A stretch of 64,000 nt of DNA, from assembly GCA_012295275.1 (NCBI GenBank), contig CM022667.1, forward strand, positions 9,920,001 to 9,984,000, in the 5' to 3' direction. The stretch is from Chrysomallon squamiferum (taxonomy: Eukaryota > Animalia > Mollusca). Shown piece after piece: positions 60,889 through 64,000 of this stretch. The notes beneath the pieces are model-generated. The model saw only the letters and a list, made by a program, of their open reading frames with translations. It did no database searches and was not told the origin of the DNA. Each line of letters opens with the position of its first letter. Position 1 is the stretch's first letter. Made by a program: the position numbers and the translations under genes.

Positions 60889-61597
60889 AAGCAAAGTCAT
60901 CGCAATTCATCACCATCAGCGAAATCTTTTAAGAAGCGACGTCACATTTTGTTGATAGCCTTCTGTAATCATTCCGATAGACGTCGCCTTTGCTCAGATG
61001 GATGGGTCTAAAACCCGGCTCAATGCTGGGAGAATCTGAAAGGCGGAGAGAGTTTTATGGCGATAATTTATTGTGAAAAGATAATGGGCAAACACCGTAA
61101 AGTGAAACGAACGAAATATCTTTCTGTGTGTTCTCGCTTCACACTTGCATGTTAAAAGCAGTTTGTCTGTTTCAGTTTGAAAAAACTTACGTGAGAACGC
61201 TGTTTGAGGGGAAACTAACTGAACTGATTTGAATGGACTGGCACAAGAGGTGGTTATGAATAAACCCCGCTTCAACTAGACTGAATATAAATGTGCATTA
61301 ACATTCAGACTGAACGTGCGAACGCTCACTAAGGCTATTTGAGAAAAATGTTATGAATGCTCTGTGAATGCAGGGTGTACATATTATACATATATTAACT
61401 GTATTCGTGTATATAATTATGTGTGTGTGTGTGTGTGTGTGTAAAATTAACATGTAAAATCTATCGTACTGACTGTTTTATTCTTATTTTATTTCATTTG
61501 GTTTTTTTTGTTCCGTTCCACTGGTAAAATGTTTAAATTTTGATCTTTTTGATCTTTTTTTTTTTTTTTTTTTTTTCAATATAATAACAACAACAAC

Positions 61598-61634
<37 letters not shown>

Positions 61635-61736
61635 CAATGATTCAATCAGTGATAAATAAACAGATGATACATATGTCGCATAAACATACATACACTCAGA
61701 GATACATACAAACAAACATAAACATACATACAAATA

Positions 61737-61785
<49 letters not shown>

Positions 61786-62255
61786 ACACAAACAAACAAA
61801 CAAACACCAAAAAGCCCGCGGATATCAAAAAGGTCTCGACTTGAAAAAGAAAAATCACTAGGAGGGTTGTCTCGGTGTGTGGTGGGGGGCGGCAGGAAAT
61901 GGAGACAATTTAATCAATCACCAACACTGACACGTGTTTTTGGTGACGTTTTAATTCGTCCTGGCAGCCATTTTAAATCCTCGGCGTGTAAAAACAGTCC
62001 GCTCGAATACCTTTTATCATTAATATCAACCGCACGCTTTTTCTTCCCGTGTTTGAAGCTGACTCGCCGTTTGCGCTGTACATTCGTTATGTCGAAATCT
62101 GACGCTTGCCGACTCCCGGCTTCAGCTGTTCTCTCCAGCCTCTGGTCATTTTCCTTGTCCGTTACATTTCACAATCTGGCTGTGAACGTAGAAACGAACT
62201 GATAACGACAGAATGAATTTAAAGAAGAAAACAAAATCAACGTGTGCGACTTACG

Positions 62256-62335
<80 letters not shown>

Positions 62336-63244
62336 GCCTGTCTTTGTTGTTGTTGTTGTTATTATTACTATTATTATTGTTGTTGTTGTTATTGTTGTTG
62401 TTGTTGTTATTACTCGTGATGCACAAAATCACAAAATCAGGACTCCTTAAGGTGTAATAAATAGTACGGACTTGAGCTTAACTCTTTCTGTGAAAATAGC
62501 TCAGTGTATACTAATGCAGTTCATACAGCAAGATACACTCTCCTTTAGCTGACCCAGCCAGTAATTTCATGATTTCAATAAAAAAAAATACGTGATTTAC
62601 TCTGTTCTGCTATTGTTATATGTAACACATCATTTCGCATTCTGTCACAGACGCATTGGCTGTGATACTGTATAATTAGTCCCAGAAAGGCGTGCTTGAA
62701 TCCTTTGTAATCTTCTCTTGTTTTTACGTAAGAATATGTAAGATCAGTCAGTCTTGGTCCTAAAGGGATGGTTATCCAGAAACTCTTATTCTAGATGTGA
62801 AAAGATTTGAGGAGGACTTGATATTCGATCTTACAGACCACAGCTTAATGTACATAATACTAAACAATCAAAGCGACTCATTGTCGAGAATGTTCATCTC
62901 CAGTTTGAACAAGTTTTATGGCATTCGATCCCAAAAGCCACCAAACAGCAGATCTAATACCACAAGCAAACGTAACATTGTCCTTGAACAGATTCTAAAA
63001 GGGAAAATATTTGTGTCTATCTGCAAGTTTGACATCACAACAGACACACAATTATCCCGGATTATTGTAGGATTAAAACAGAATTAAGTTGTCAGAGGAT
63101 GGATTAACCCTTACGCAAAATTGTTATCGAGAATGTCGTGGTAGAGACGGACCGATGGGAAAGCCAGACTGTCGACTGATGTTTGATGTTGATAACTGAA
63201 AATGTAACACTGATAAAGAAGTATTTGATATATATGCGTTTGGC

Positions 63245-63685
63245 CTGGTATGTGTGTAACATAATATTGATAAAGACTATGTAATATGTACGAGTATGAC
63301 CTGGTACGTGTGTAACGTAATATTGATAAAGACTATGTAATATGTACGAGTATGACCTGGTACGTGTGTAACGTAATATTGATAAAGACTATGTAATATG
63401 TACGAGTATGACCTGGTACGTGTGTAACGTAATATTGATAAAGACTATGTAATATGTACGAGTATGACCTGGTACGTGTGTAACGTAATATTGATAAAGA
63501 CTATGTAATATGTACGAGTATGACCTGGTACATGTGTAACGTAATACTGATAAAGAGTATGTAATAAATACAAATATGACCTGGTGTGGGTTTTAATGCT
63601 TAATACTGATAAAGAGTATTTAATATATATATATATACATATGATCTGGTTTGTGTATAACGTAATATTGATTAAGAGTGTGTAG
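63245..63685. repeat. 56-bp minisatellite, about 7-8 units
   Basis: Unit CTGGTACGTGTGTAACGTAATATTGATAAAGACTATGTAATATGTACGAGTATGAC starts at 63245, 63301, 63357, 63413, 63469, 63525 and 63581, degenerating at the 3' end. Confidence 0.95.
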
Positions 63686-64000
63686 AATGTACACTTTATC
63701 TTTCACGTGTGTTATCATTTTTATATTTTGTCATGTTTTGACGGTGCTATTCTGTATTTTAAATTTTATGAAATATTGTTTTCCCTGTTGATATAATTTT
63801 CCATTTCCTTTCGTATTATATTCAAATTTATTTTATTTTATTTTTGTTCGTGTATTCAAATGAAAGAAGTGCGGAATTGTTGTTAGATTTTTACCCAAAG
63901 ATTAAAACAAAAATTAAAAAGAAAATTGAAATGTAAGAAAATCGATTTCAGTTAATTTAATAATATAATGTAGCGTACATCATTTGATAAGTCAAATACT

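Noticed and set aside
62700-63200. Complex-sequence patch with a 96-aa ORF, possibly a transposon remnant
   Set aside because: No recognisable motif in the frames I read, so it cannot be supported without a database search.
63245-63685. Possible CRISPR array
   Set aside because: The 56-bp units are contiguous with no unique spacers, so this is an ordinary minisatellite.
57266-64000. Search for APCDD1 exon 4 (second domain, G.W.S..CE motif)
   Set aside because: No matching peptide was found by eye; it probably lies beyond the window.

Overview
Eukaryotic, AT-rich and microsatellite-dense DNA from an invertebrate animal (plausibly a mollusc; the taxon is inference). The left 25 kb holds five head-to-tail, + strand paralogs of a GT10 alpha-1,3-fucosyltransferase, each with the whole CDS in one exon. 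Copies 1, 3 and 4 are intact. Copy 5 has a single 1-nt frameshift. Copy 2 has four frameshifts, one of them identical to that of copy 5. The array is a mosaic: near-identical catalytic domains, divergent TM/stem regions and shuffled spacer blocks. The right part holds the first three coding exons of an APCDD1-like gene (Wnt-inhibitor family) at 36340-36391, 52038-52191 and 56647-57265, with consistent splice phases; the gene probably continues past the window. Its first intron contains an antisense tRNA-Gly(GCC). The window also has two inverted copies of a tRNA-derived SINE, three minisatellites and recurring paired CRE-like motifs. Nearly all other ORFs in the supplied track are microsatellite artefacts.
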